Assembly (NCBI GenBank): GCA_016214905.1
Contig: JACRMQ010000006.1
Location: 321,008-385,007, forward strand
DNA: 64,000 bases
Reading direction: 5' to 3'
Source: Ignavibacteriales bacterium
GTDB lineage: Bacteria > Bacteroidota > Ignavibacteria > UBA10030 > SZUA-254
Shown here in pieces: positions 1 to 9,734 of this stretch. A program made the translations under genes and the position numbers. Position 1 is the stretch's first letter; every line of letters starts with the position of its first letter. Below the pieces are notes generated by a model. The model ran no database searches. It saw only the letters and a program-made list of their open reading frames with translations, and was not told where the DNA came from.

Positions 1-1456
1 AATCCTGTGTTTTTGGATGTTTAAATCTCCAACGTTCGGAATATAGGCGCATAATTTTGAACATTCTTTCTTTCCCGACAAAATTCTGAAGGGTCGTAAG
101 AAAGATACTCGGTTTCATGTATGAATTGACTGCATAACTTCCACCGGAATAATATTGCCATGCGTTTCGTGTTGTGGGATCATAATCTGCCATGGGAATA
201 TACTGTGCTCGTTGAAATTGCAGATCGTTTATTTTGATTCCGAGGAAGTTAAGAAAATTACCGTCGTTACCGTATGCCGATTCAAAGATTTGATTTTCAG
301 TATAGCTGTTTATACCTTCGTCCAACCAGCTTTCTTCGAATTCATTCGAAGCGAGAAGATGATACCAGTAATTGTGTCCGAATTCATGTATGATTACCAT
401 TTCAACAGCACGCACACCGGCAGGCAAGCCATACAATGTGCCGGCAGTTATAAGAGTCGGGTATTCCATTCCACCGGAACCTCCTGCATCTCGCCGGGGA
501 TCAACGACAGTTAGATTTGGATAGGGATAATCTCCGTACCAATTTTGATGATATTCGACTACAATTTTTGCCACTTCAAGATGACGGTTACCTTGATCTG
601 CGTGATCGGGTTGCATTAAAACCCGGATATCGACATCCTGTGCTTTGCCTTTGAATTCAACAAACTCCGGGCTTGTAGTCCATGCAAAATCGTGCACATC
701 TTCGGCTCGATACCGGTGGGTTGAAGTGCCATCATTGTTTTTTTTCACTTCTACCTGAATACCGGTCGCACCAACGATGTTTTTATCGGGGACAGTCATT
801 TTAACATCATACACACCGAAGTCAGCAAAGAATTCAGAATGTGCGTGATACTGATGGCAATTCCATTGATGATCAATATAGACTCCGATTTTTGGAAACC
901 ATTGACCTATGAAAAAATATTCTTCTTTAGCTCCCGAGCGGGCGAAGGGCGGTTCAGGTAACAGTGCCACAAAATCGATTTCTAATTTAATCGAATCGCC
1001 CGGCTGAAGAGGTTTTGGCAAAGGTAAGCGAAAAACTGTTTTATCATCTATGTTGTCATCATCAGGTTGAATGAATTGAATAGTTCTCGTTAAATCTTCG
1101 CCGGAGGCGAGTTTAATCTTTTTAATTTCACTGAAACCCCAACCGTTTTTTTCAATTTTAAATCCCCGACTCAAGCCACCTGATTCTTTCATGAAAGTAG
1201 ATTTATTATTTCGGAATGCGTTGAGGTAAAGATGAAATTGTAGTTCATTCAGCACGTCGGTTGATTTGTTATGCCACTGAAGAATCTGATGACCGTTTAA
1301 CAAGCGTTTTTGGACATCAAGTTTTACATCGATATCGTAATTGGCTATTCGCGGACTCAGTGGTTGGGGAAAAATTTTCGGTTGAGCAAATGTTGTTTGA
1401 TCAATGATGATGCTGATGAGGAGGTAAATAATGATTAAGAATTGATATTTTTTCAT
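1..1456 (-). CDS. M1 family zinc aminopeptidase, secreted; 3' end runs off the window
   Basis: Not in the ORF track. Translated by hand from ATG at 1456: MKKYQFLIIIYLLISIII signal peptide, GGMEYP motif, then HEFGHNYWYHLLASNEFEESWLDEG (HExxH-x18-E). Confidence 0.92.
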   Translation of the reverse strand, partial: MKKYQFLIIIYLLISIIIDQTTFAQPKIFPQPLSPRIANYDIDVKLDVQKRLLNGHQILQWHNKSTDVLNELQFHLYLNAFRNNKSTFMKESGGLSRGFKIEKNGWGFSEIKKIKLASGEDLTRTIQFIQPDDDNIDDKTVFRLPLPKPLQPGDSIKLEIDFVALLPEPPFARSGAKEEYFFIGQWFPKIGVYIDHQWNCHQYHAHSEFFADFGVYDVKMTVPDKNIVGATGIQVEVKKNNDGTSTHRYRAEDVHDFAWTTSPEFVEFKGKAQDVDIRVLMQPDHADQGNRHLEVAKIVVEYHQNWYGDYPYPNLTVVDPRRDAGGSGGMEYPTLITAGTLYGLPAGVRAVEMVIIHEFGHNYWYHLLASNEFEESWLDEGINSYTENQIFESAYGNDGNFLNFLGIKINDLQFQRAQYIPMADYDPTTRNAWQYYSGGSYAVNSYMKPSIFLTTLQNFVGKERMFKIMRLYSERWRFKHPKTQD

Positions 1457-1534
1457 TAACCTTTTCCTTATTTTTGCCTGGTGTCTCTGGTAGATAATGA
1501 AAGTCCGATATGTAAATTGTGCATTAAGGAAATC

Positions 1535-2044
1535 TCAATATTTATTTATCACCAAACACCCGGCAATCAAATCGTGCAGTGCCTGTTTACGTTGTGTGAA
1601 TCCGGCCATAATGTAACCTATGCTCATTGTTAGACTCGAAATTATTTTTCCGAAATATCTTCCCGTTGCTCTGCCGAAGGAAATCCTATTGCCCTGAAGA
1701 TCGGTAACGGTAATCCCAAGCGCCATCTTTCCGAGAGTTGCACCTTTCATCGATTCCATCAATGCATAGTATAACCATTCTCCGATCACGATGGTCATGA
1801 TCATTGTGAAGTATGCGCCTATCATCCAAACGACTAAACCGATGGATGGATCAAAATCTTCATTCCATAAACTGATACCCATCATCGCCAAAAAGGGAAT
1901 AACAATAAAAATACCTAAAACTCCCATTATCATCTGGTCGATAATGTATGCTAAAAATCGTTTCCAGAATCCGGCATAATGAAATGCAACTGGTTGTGGT
2001 GCCGCCATTTGAGGGTTGCGTGTTTCCATATTGATTCCTTTCAA
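1535..2044 (-). CDS. RDD family membrane protein
   Basis: YAGFWKRFLAYIID, GATLGKMALGITV and KQALHDLIAG motifs. Confidence 0.9.
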   Translation of the reverse strand: MKGINMETRNPQMAAPQPVAFHYAGFWKRFLAYIIDQMIMGVLGIFIVIPFLAMMGISLWNEDFDPSIGLVVWMIGAYFTMIMTIVIGEWLYYALMESMKGATLGKMALGITVTDLQGNRISFGRATGRYFGKIISSLTMSIGYIMAGFTQRKQALHDLIAGCLVINKY

Positions 2045-2074
2045 TTGTTCAGGTTATTGTAACGCTTGTTTTCG

Positions 2075-2635
2075 CTAAATGTTACAGCTCTTCAAAGATG
2101 ATTTTAATATTTTTATGCAATCATCAGGATGATTGGCGTATCGAATAAATTTCGTAACGTTCTCGAATCCTTCGTGCACCAACTCAGTTGCAAGGGTATC
2201 AACTATAGGATTCCAAAAATTTCCAAATAAAATAATCGGTTTTTCTTTCATTACAGATTTGTTTAGGAATTCCCATACCATAGATAATTCTACAAGGGTT
2301 CCAGTGCTTCCCTTAAGTGCGATATATGCATCGCCAAGATCAATCAATTTCAACAACCGGTCGGTTAATGTTTTTACTTTCACGGTCTCAAGGATGTAAT
2401 TGTTAGCATCGCGGTTGAAGTATTCTGCAATTACTCCGATCGTTTTTCCGTTAGCATCTTTTGCTCCTTCAGCGCTGGCTTCCATTATTCCGCCGTAACC
2501 GCCGTTGCAAATTGTATAACCATTAACGGCGAGAGTTTTGCCTATCTCGTAAGCAGTTTGATATTCCGCATCACCTCGTAATGGTTTTGAACTTCCGAAT
2601 ATTGTCACGATATGATTTGTTCTACCATTTTTCAT
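2075..2635 (-). CDS. LOG family nucleotide monophosphate nucleosidase (Rossmann-like)
   Basis: VTIFGSS, NGGYGGIMEA, LKGSTGTLVEL (variant of PGGxGTxxE). Confidence 0.85.
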   Translation of the reverse strand: MKNGRTNHIVTIFGSSKPLRGDAEYQTAYEIGKTLAVNGYTICNGGYGGIMEASAEGAKDANGKTIGVIAEYFNRDANNYILETVKVKTLTDRLLKLIDLGDAYIALKGSTGTLVELSMVWEFLNKSVMKEKPIILFGNFWNPIVDTLATELVHEGFENVTKFIRYANHPDDCIKILKSSLKSCNI

Positions 2636-2673
2636 TCAATATCACTACTTACAAATTAACAACTCACTTTTTA

Positions 2674-4629
2674 TTAATCTAAAAATTCCCAGCTCACACC
2701 GAACCTCATTTGCCTTTCGGGCATAGGATAAAAGGCATTCATTATATATTTTCGATTTAATACATTATCCCAAATCAAATGAATATATGCTTGACCTAAA
2801 TGTGCGAGTATTACAAGGTCAAGAACACCGTTCTGTTGAATCTGGTAACCGTAATCTGACAGTAAGTATTCTTCCACTTCAAAATTATATTCTTCTGCAA
2901 AATAATTGCTGAAGTATCTTCCTCTGAGTCCGCATTTTAAGTCGAGGTGATCACCGAGTATTTTATTCCGATAATATAACGCTCCGGTAAATGACCAACG
3001 CGGGAGGGAGGAGGTTGGAGTTGAATTCTCGTTTATATCGAGATACTCTGCTGTTCCTTCAAATAATAAAAGCCAGTACTGTGCTCTGGTACTTCCGGCG
3101 ATTCCGCGAATGATATTTTTGGTAGATCTGGTATATGCAAATGGGACTGATAATCCTTCGGGTGATCGATTAATATTAATCGCATTCCAAATTATTCTGT
3201 TGAAAGATTTAATTTCGATGTTCATATTTTCAACAGGATCCCAACTCAAACCTGCTTCTAATAAATGATGTCGTTCCGGATCGTTATTCAGGTCTGATGA
3301 TATGATAGTATCGATTCCAATCTTTTCTTGGAATGTCGGTAAACGATAAGATCTTGAATATCCGCCGAAGATAGTCAAACAAGGTGTGAGTTGAAATCTT
3401 GTATCAGTACCAAAACCAAGAATCGTTCTGGAATTTGCGAAGTCGAGGCGAGAATATGGTGATATTCGCATCTGTTCTGAAATTATTATTTCCCCTTTGC
3501 CATATAAATCAGCTAACACCGCACTTCTTTTTTGATCAGTCGTCGAGTGTGTAATTTGCTGTGATTGAATTCCGGCTCCGAAATCGAATGAGTGTCTTTC
3601 GATTGTCAAACTCTGAGTGGCTTTTGCCCCGAACCAATTGCTCACATATTTTTGATCGGAGAAGATACCATTCGAGATAGGTCTATTCTCAAGATCACGG
3701 TATTGCCTTACGTTTGAGATATAATACAGGGTTAACATACTGATAGCGCTCGTGTCTGGAAGCAGCCGGGAGGCAATACCAAGTTGAATATCGTGCCTTG
3801 CGATCTTCTCGTACGCTTCAGTGTTTCGAACAACAGCTTGCAATACTTCGTAGCGGAGAGAATCATGTGTCTGCTTTATATCAACTCCCTGCCAGATACC
3901 GAGGAGTGATTGATTATACATCTCGGACGCGAATAAATTAAAATTCTCGTTCAAATTATAGCGGACTTTGATACGTGCATTCCAATTGTCGTAATTTTCA
4001 TTCAGATATCTTTGTCCATACACAGTATGCTGCGCGCCTGCGGTTATGTTCATACCGCGCAGCACATCCTGACTGACCATGCCATCGATAATACTGAATC
4101 CGTATCCCGATTCGGAATATCGTATTCTTGAATATGGTTTTAACGCTTTCTTACTTTTAGTTATAGAATTTATTGCCGCCCCTGTGCTGTTCAATCCGTA
4201 GAGAAAGGCACGAGTTCCGGTTATTGTTTCAATACGTTCGATACTTTCGGTGGGAAATAAGTACGGATTGTAAATCCCTGTGAACGGATCGTTTAACTGA
4301 ATGCCATCCGCAAAAAAAGAAATACCTTTTCCATCCACACCAAAAATATTTAAACCCGGCAATGGACCCAAACTTCCGAAATCGCGACTGAATATACCGA
4401 CTTTCAATTCTAGCAGGTCAACTGAGTATCGATAATTACTGAAATTAATCACTGAATCTATTAATTGATTGGAAGAAAGATTTTCCCTATCCAGCGCTCC
4501 AATTGTCGGTATGGGCGCAAGGAACTGATGGGAGACAGAATCGACTGCGAGTGAATCGCTTGAAACTGTTTGCGCGAAAGATATTATTGAGCAAACAATT
4601 ATTATGATGCTGATTAGAAATATTCGCAA
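2674..4629 (-). CDS. Outer-membrane beta-barrel with TonB-dependent-receptor-like plug (putative porin/TBDR)
   Basis: Signal peptide follows TTG at 4629 (ORF is open to 4749). Plug motif IERIETITG...LYG...GAAIN; C-terminus MRFGVSWEFLD. Confidence 0.7.
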   Translation of the reverse strand: MRIFLISIIIIVCSIISFAQTVSSDSLAVDSVSHQFLAPIPTIGALDRENLSSNQLIDSVINFSNYRYSVDLLELKVGIFSRDFGSLGPLPGLNIFGVDGKGISFFADGIQLNDPFTGIYNPYLFPTESIERIETITGTRAFLYGLNSTGAAINSITKSKKALKPYSRIRYSESGYGFSIIDGMVSQDVLRGMNITAGAQHTVYGQRYLNENYDNWNARIKVRYNLNENFNLFASEMYNQSLLGIWQGVDIKQTHDSLRYEVLQAVVRNTEAYEKIARHDIQLGIASRLLPDTSAISMLTLYYISNVRQYRDLENRPISNGIFSDQKYVSNWFGAKATQSLTIERHSFDFGAGIQSQQITHSTTDQKRSAVLADLYGKGEIIISEQMRISPYSRLDFANSRTILGFGTDTRFQLTPCLTIFGGYSRSYRLPTFQEKIGIDTIISSDLNNDPERHHLLEAGLSWDPVENMNIEIKSFNRIIWNAININRSPEGLSVPFAYTRSTKNIIRGIAGSTRAQYWLLLFEGTAEYLDINENSTPTSSLPRWSFTGALYYRNKILGDHLDLKCGLRGRYFSNYFAEEYNFEVEEYLLSDYGYQIQQNGVLDLVILAHLGQAYIHLIWDNVLNRKYIMNAFYPMPERQMRFGVSWEFLD

Positions 4630-4756
4630 CAGGTTTTCACCAAAATTTAATTTCAAAAATATATAGAAAAGCTGTAACAGATGCAATTTAGGTATGTGGT
4701 AGTCGGGTTGGCGATTGGTGAGTAATAAGTTTATTGAGCAGTTATGCAATTTAGAT

Positions 4757-5623
4757 TTATTCAGGGTGAAAGTTTGGAGGGGTTATAAATACTTTATACC
4801 GATTCTGGAGTTTTTTAGCTGTTGAAACAGCTTTATGTTCATCGTTGAAGAGACCGAATACAGACGATCCGCTTCCAGACATCTGAGCAAAACAAGCTCC
4901 TTCGGAATACAGCAATAGTTTGGCAAAACCGATTTGCTTATGCTCATGTAATATTATCGGCTCAAAATCATTTATGAGATTTTGATTTAGTTCGTGTGGG
5001 TCATAAATATTTTTTAGAAGAAAATCCTTCAGAGGGATTGGAGATGTCGGATGTGGGATATGATTGATGTGAGATGATTCAAGTGAATGATAAGCCCACG
5101 CAGTAGAAACATGAACATTGGGGTAAAGGATTACAATCCAGTAGGGAAGTGGTAACGAAAAATATTCAAGCACTTCTCCTCTGCCTGTTGCGTGTGCTGT
5201 ACCAGGTTTTAGGAAATAAGGGACATCAGAACCGAGTTTTAAAGCAATCGATTTCAGTTCTTCTTCCGTAATTTTTAGATTCCATAATTTTACTAGTCCA
5301 AGGAGTGTTGCTGCCGCATCGGAACTTCCTCCACCCATTCCTGCGCCTATCGGGATATTTTTTTGAAGATTTATCTTCACACCATTATTAGGATGAAAAT
5401 GATCGTTTAAGATCCTAGCCGCTTTAATGCAGAGGTTAGAGGAATCGGAGTTCAAATTCAGATCATTGGAGTTGAAGCTTATCTCGGTTGCTTCAGTTAA
5501 TATAATTTCATCAAAAGGATTAACCCGCAAAAATATCGTTTCGAGATTATGGTAGCCATCTTCTCTTCGGTTAAGGATTCGCAATCCCAAATTTATCTTT
5601 GCATATGCTTTCACTGAAATCAT
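4757..5623 (-). CDS. ispE: 4-diphosphocytidyl-2-C-methyl-D-erythritol kinase
   Basis: AYAKINLGL, KNIPIGAGMGGGSSDAA, LGSDVPYF, MSGSGSSVF. Confidence 0.97.
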   Translation of the reverse strand: MISVKAYAKINLGLRILNRREDGYHNLETIFLRVNPFDEIILTEATEISFNSNDLNLNSDSSNLCIKAARILNDHFHPNNGVKINLQKNIPIGAGMGGGSSDAAATLLGLVKLWNLKITEEELKSIALKLGSDVPYFLKPGTAHATGRGEVLEYFSLPLPYWIVILYPNVHVSTAWAYHSLESSHINHIPHPTSPIPLKDFLLKNIYDPHELNQNLINDFEPIILHEHKQIGFAKLLLYSEGACFAQMSGSGSSVFGLFNDEHKAVSTAKKLQNRYKVFITPPNFHPE

Positions 5624-5903
5624 TTATTTCGATCTTAAAGTATTGATAAAACGGTCAAATTCGCATCTTTCAAACTTACAAAAAAATTAGGTAAGATGCA
5701 GAATTAGCCATAATTCAACCGGGAGTTTCAGATTCCATTCTTTCTTGTTTTTTGTCAAATCATTTATTAAAATATGCCAGTATCGTTGTTCTCCCCACCG
5801 ATCTGGATGTTACACCCAGTTAGTTCGATGGATGGAAGTTGAAATACATTTTATAAAAAATTGATTATCAATAATTCTTCCAATCAACAACCAAGGAGTT
5901 GCT

Positions 5904-8900
5904 ATGAAACATCTTTTTAAAAACCTTGCTTTCGTATATATCATACTGTTGATGATACCATTGTTTCATATTTCGGACATATTTATTTCTTCGGTAATTG
6001 CTGCAGTGCCGGAATATTCATTTCCGAATAATAATTACCCTCCGGAGGGTGCTTATGTAACACCGCGGGGAGTTACGTTAGCGTGGCCCAATGGTGTTTT
6101 GATGAAAAATTTTATTCAATATGGTATTAATCCTGTCGGTATCCCTCCCGGATCGGGAGAAAGCAAAGATTATGTTTGTACAGGTAATGCTACCTTTGAG
6201 CTTTCTTTTAATCAGGGGGGAACCTGGACAACCTTCTCCACCACAGGATCTAATACATTTCATTTGGATTATTTAAAAGATTCTTTGTCGTACAATATTC
6301 ATTCTGGCGAAGTTTATGTTTTGAACCTGAGCGGCGGTTCAATGCCTCCGGGAGTTTTGATCAGGGAAAGTCCGACTCAGGCATCGACGGGACGAACCAT
6401 GTGGTTACCAAACGGTGACAGATACTGGTGTGATAGTTTCTTTGATATATTTTTTGAAATCAGCACGGACGGTGGTATGACATTCTGGCCTCCGCTCGGT
6501 TCTATTTTAATGAAAGCGGTTTCGTTTTATAAAGAGAGTCCATCTGCAATAGTACCTTCGACGAATTTTCCTCCGCACGGAAAGTATCTACAAAATCAAT
6601 CGGATGTTGTTACTTTTCTCTCAGGTGTCAGATTTAAAGATTTTATTCTTCGGGATCTTTTTCATCAGGGAGCATTACCCGATATTTCGCAGGTTTATCC
6701 TTTCAGTGCTGCATGTGATTACTCAATATCGTTCGATGGCGGTTTAACATGGAGTATCAACCATTCTTCGGTGACAATGTCGGTTAGTATAAATAAAATT
6801 GCCGATTCAACGGGAATCGGACTTTATGAAACTGAAGTGATCTCGATGAGTTTTTCGAGTGGTGGAGGTACCCTGATACGTGAGAGTCCCACAAAAAAAT
6901 CTAATAGTAAAATAATTGTCGAGTCACTGGGCTCAGGTTATATGATATCGAGTTTCTTCGATATATTTACTGAGGTTAGCTTAGACGGCGGTACAACCTG
7001 GTCACCAAGTAACAATCTTTTGAATATCGATTTGACATATCCTTCTGCCTATCCTTTCCTGACAAATATGATGATGCCATCGACAGGATACAGAACTAAA
7101 TCAGGCGATGAGATTTCATATTCGTCATTATATAAAATCAGATCTGTTATACTGGATAATTTTTCCTCATCCTTCGCGCCACCGGCATTGGGTGGAACAT
7201 CAACAAATTTGTTTAACGGAACTGCAAATTTTGATTTGAGTTTCGATGGAGGATCAAGTTGGTCGAATGTAACCGCGCCAGCATCATGGCAGGTCAGAAC
7301 TTATCATCACACTGATGATGGTGCGGCAGAATTTTATGAAATAGAGGTACTAGGGCTTAACATCACTGGAGGTGGATTACCTCTCGGTGTTACAATCAGA
7401 GAATCACCTACACTGAAATCCGCCGGTAGGCATGATATCGTCACGACACTTGTGGATTACAACATCAGCAGTTTCTTTGATATTTTTACTGAAATATCCA
7501 CAGACGGGGGGGCAACGTTTATTCAATCTGGAAATTATATTTCATGTACGCTAATTCCACCTTGTCCGACAATTTCATTGATCCCTGAATCGTTGACAGA
7601 TGGAAAAGTAAATGAAGAATATTATCAGGAAATCTCCGCTTCGGGCGGCACATCTCCGTATAGCTATGCGATAGTCGGAGGTTCTTTACCGGATGGAATC
7701 TATCTTTCTTCGAAAGGTATTATTTACGGAACACCTACATCAACGGGATATTCAACATTTACAATTGAAGTAACCGATTCGATCGGGTGCACCGCTTCTG
7801 CGGCGTATTGGATTGCCGTGATGCCCGCCGGTCAGAGGACTTATTCCGACCGATTTCCACAGACCGGAAAGTACTTCCAGCAACCGAATACCGTAGTTTC
7901 ATACTCATCCGGTTTGGCTATTAGAAAGTTTGTCGTACGAGATTTATATCATCGTGGTGAACCACCCGCACTTTACTCTGCTCAAGTTTATAATTTCAGT
8001 GCATCCGTTGATTTAGAAACATCTGGAGATGGCGGGTTGACATGGACGCCTTATTACAATTTACCGGTATCTATGCAGGTCAACCTTAATCATTATAAAG
8101 ATGAAGGGGGGGCGGAACATTTTCTGGCAGAAGTTCTTCAATGCAATATTTCCTCCATCGCCGCGATATACATGATGCGGGAAAGCCCTACACTTGCATC
8201 ACGCAGTAAAGTTATAATGTCTCAGTTCCCTGATGGACAATGGCATGTAGAAAGTTTCTTTGATATCTTCACAGAAGTCAGTGCTGACGGCGGCGCTACT
8301 TGGTCAACAGCACTTAATAAATTAATACTCAATTTTGTGCAACCGGCTGATTCAAAATTTAATTCAACGAATTATTTTCCAACCGATGCACAATTCAAAA
8401 GTATCGGGGGTGATTATATTCAATTCTCGAACGGATTTTTATTAAGGGAATTATTACACGACCGGTTCACACAGTCATTCACGCTTCCGCCACTTTTAAG
8501 TTCTCAAACAAATTCATTCGGGGGAACTGCTGAGTTCGAATTATCGGCTGATGGTGGAATATCATGGACTAAAATTTCCGGCAGCGTAAATGAAGATGTA
8601 TGGATTTATGGTACCTCGGATGATAATAATGCAAGATTTTTCAGTACCGAATTTTTATCATTCTCAATTTCTGGCGGAACATTGCCTCCCGGAACGCAAA
8701 TACGTGAAAGTCCGACTAAACCTTCAAGCGGAAAATACGAATTTTTCACACTTGGGCAGATGGATTACAGGTTATGCAGTTTCTTCGATATTTACCTTGA
8801 GATGACGCTTGATGGAGGAATGACCTGGTCACCTGCCAATAAACCGTTCTATATTCTGATGCGGGGAACACCGGTTACCATGAGTGTGGAAATGAATTCA

Positions 8901-9674
8901 GGTTGGAATATGGTATCTGTTCCGATGATAATGGATGATTACCGTACCTTAATCTTATATCCGACCGCAAAATCTCCGGCATACAGTTTCAACGGAACGT
9001 ACGTGGCTGAAGATACTTTGAAAAATATGATCGGTTACTGGGTGAAATTTTCCGAACCGCAATCGGTCAGCTTTACCGGCTTCGAGATTACACTTGATTC
9101 GGTTGATGTCGTTGAAGGATGGAATATGATCGGCTCGTTATCCGATTCCGTTCCGGTGGCGAATATAACATCTGTTCCTTCAGGAATAATGACGTCGCAA
9201 TTCTTCGGATACGGTAAAGGGTATGTAGATGTTGACACATTGGTACCCGGAAAAGGTTTTTGGGTCAAAGTGAATCAGTCCGGGAGATTATTTATGGACA
9301 ATTCCTTGGGGGGAAGAATAGCCGAAGGAAAGATTCAGATAGTATCGATAAATCAAAAACCGCCTGCGCCGCCGGATGATGATAGAATATCGAATTTCGA
9401 AAAACGAATATCGAATTTTAAATTGGAGCAGAACTATCCCAATCCGTTTAACCCAAGTACAAATATCGAATATCAAATATCGAAAATCGGATTTGTATCG
9501 TTGAAGATATATGATATTCTGGGGCAGGAAATTGAAACGCTTGTGAACGAGGAAAAACAACCAGGTATTTACAACATTGACTGGGACGCGAACGGTTATC
9601 CGAACGGTGTATACCTTTATCGGTTGCAGTCAGGTACTTTCACAGACACAAAAAAATTATTGCTAATGAAATAA
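5904..9674 (+). CDS. Large T9SS-secreted protein: five ~170-aa repeated domains, one putative Ig domain, type-A CTD
   Basis: AGGAG RBS and signal peptide. Five copies of (I/M)RESPT...SFFDI(F/Y)xE..DGGxT(W/F); Ig-like SGGTSPYSY...GSLPDG..LSSKG.IYGTPT; C-terminal LEQNYPNPFNPST...KKLLLMK. Confidence 0.85.
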   Translation: MKHLFKNLAFVYIILLMIPLFHISDIFISSVIAAVPEYSFPNNNYPPEGAYVTPRGVTLAWPNGVLMKNFIQYGINPVGIPPGSGESKDYVCTGNATFELSFNQGGTWTTFSTTGSNTFHLDYLKDSLSYNIHSGEVYVLNLSGGSMPPGVLIRESPTQASTGRTMWLPNGDRYWCDSFFDIFFEISTDGGMTFWPPLGSILMKAVSFYKESPSAIVPSTNFPPHGKYLQNQSDVVTFLSGVRFKDFILRDLFHQGALPDISQVYPFSAACDYSISFDGGLTWSINHSSVTMSVSINKIADSTGIGLYETEVISMSFSSGGGTLIRESPTKKSNSKIIVESLGSGYMISSFFDIFTEVSLDGGTTWSPSNNLLNIDLTYPSAYPFLTNMMMPSTGYRTKSGDEISYSSLYKIRSVILDNFSSSFAPPALGGTSTNLFNGTANFDLSFDGGSSWSNVTAPASWQVRTYHHTDDGAAEFYEIEVLGLNITGGGLPLGVTIRESPTLKSAGRHDIVTTLVDYNISSFFDIFTEISTDGGATFIQSGNYISCTLIPPCPTISLIPESLTDGKVNEEYYQEISASGGTSPYSYAIVGGSLPDGIYLSSKGIIYGTPTSTGYSTFTIEVTDSIGCTASAAYWIAVMPAGQRTYSDRFPQTGKYFQQPNTVVSYSSGLAIRKFVVRDLYHRGEPPALYSAQVYNFSASVDLETSGDGGLTWTPYYNLPVSMQVNLNHYKDEGGAEHFLAEVLQCNISSIAAIYMMRESPTLASRSKVIMSQFPDGQWHVESFFDIFTEVSADGGATWSTALNKLILNFVQPADSKFNSTNYFPTDAQFKSIGGDYIQFSNGFLLRELLHDRFTQSFTLPPLLSSQTNSFGGTAEFELSADGGISWTKISGSVNEDVWIYGTSDDNNARFFSTEFLSFSISGGTLPPGTQIRESPTKPSSGKYEFFTLGQMDYRLCSFFDIYLEMTLDGGMTWSPANKPFYILMRGTPVTMSVEMNSGWNMVSVPMIMDDYRTLILYPTAKSPAYSFNGTYVAEDTLKNMIGYWVKFSEPQSVSFTGFEITLDSVDVVEGWNMIGSLSDSVPVANITSVPSGIMTSQFFGYGKGYVDVDTLVPGKGFWVKVNQSGRLFMDNSLGGRIAEGKIQIVSINQKPPAPPDDDRISNFEKRISNFKLEQNYPNPFNPSTNIEYQISKIGFVSLKIYDILGQEIETLVNEEKQPGIYNIDWDANGYPNGVYLYRLQSGTFTDTKKLLLMK
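9385..9488 (+). repeat. Degenerate 7-bp tandem repeats inside the CDS
   Basis: gaatatc-gaatttc-gaaaaac-gaatatc-gaatttt (9385-9419) and aaatatc-gaatatc-aaatatc-gaaaatc (9461-9488). Confidence 0.7.
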
Positions 9675-9734
9675 ATTTTAGTATATTAATCGGTTAAATT
9701 CATCATTCATAAATAATTCAGTAGGAGATTTATC

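Noticed and set aside
155..514. 119-aa plus-strand ORF
   Set aside because: Antisense shadow of the M1 aminopeptidase on the minus strand.
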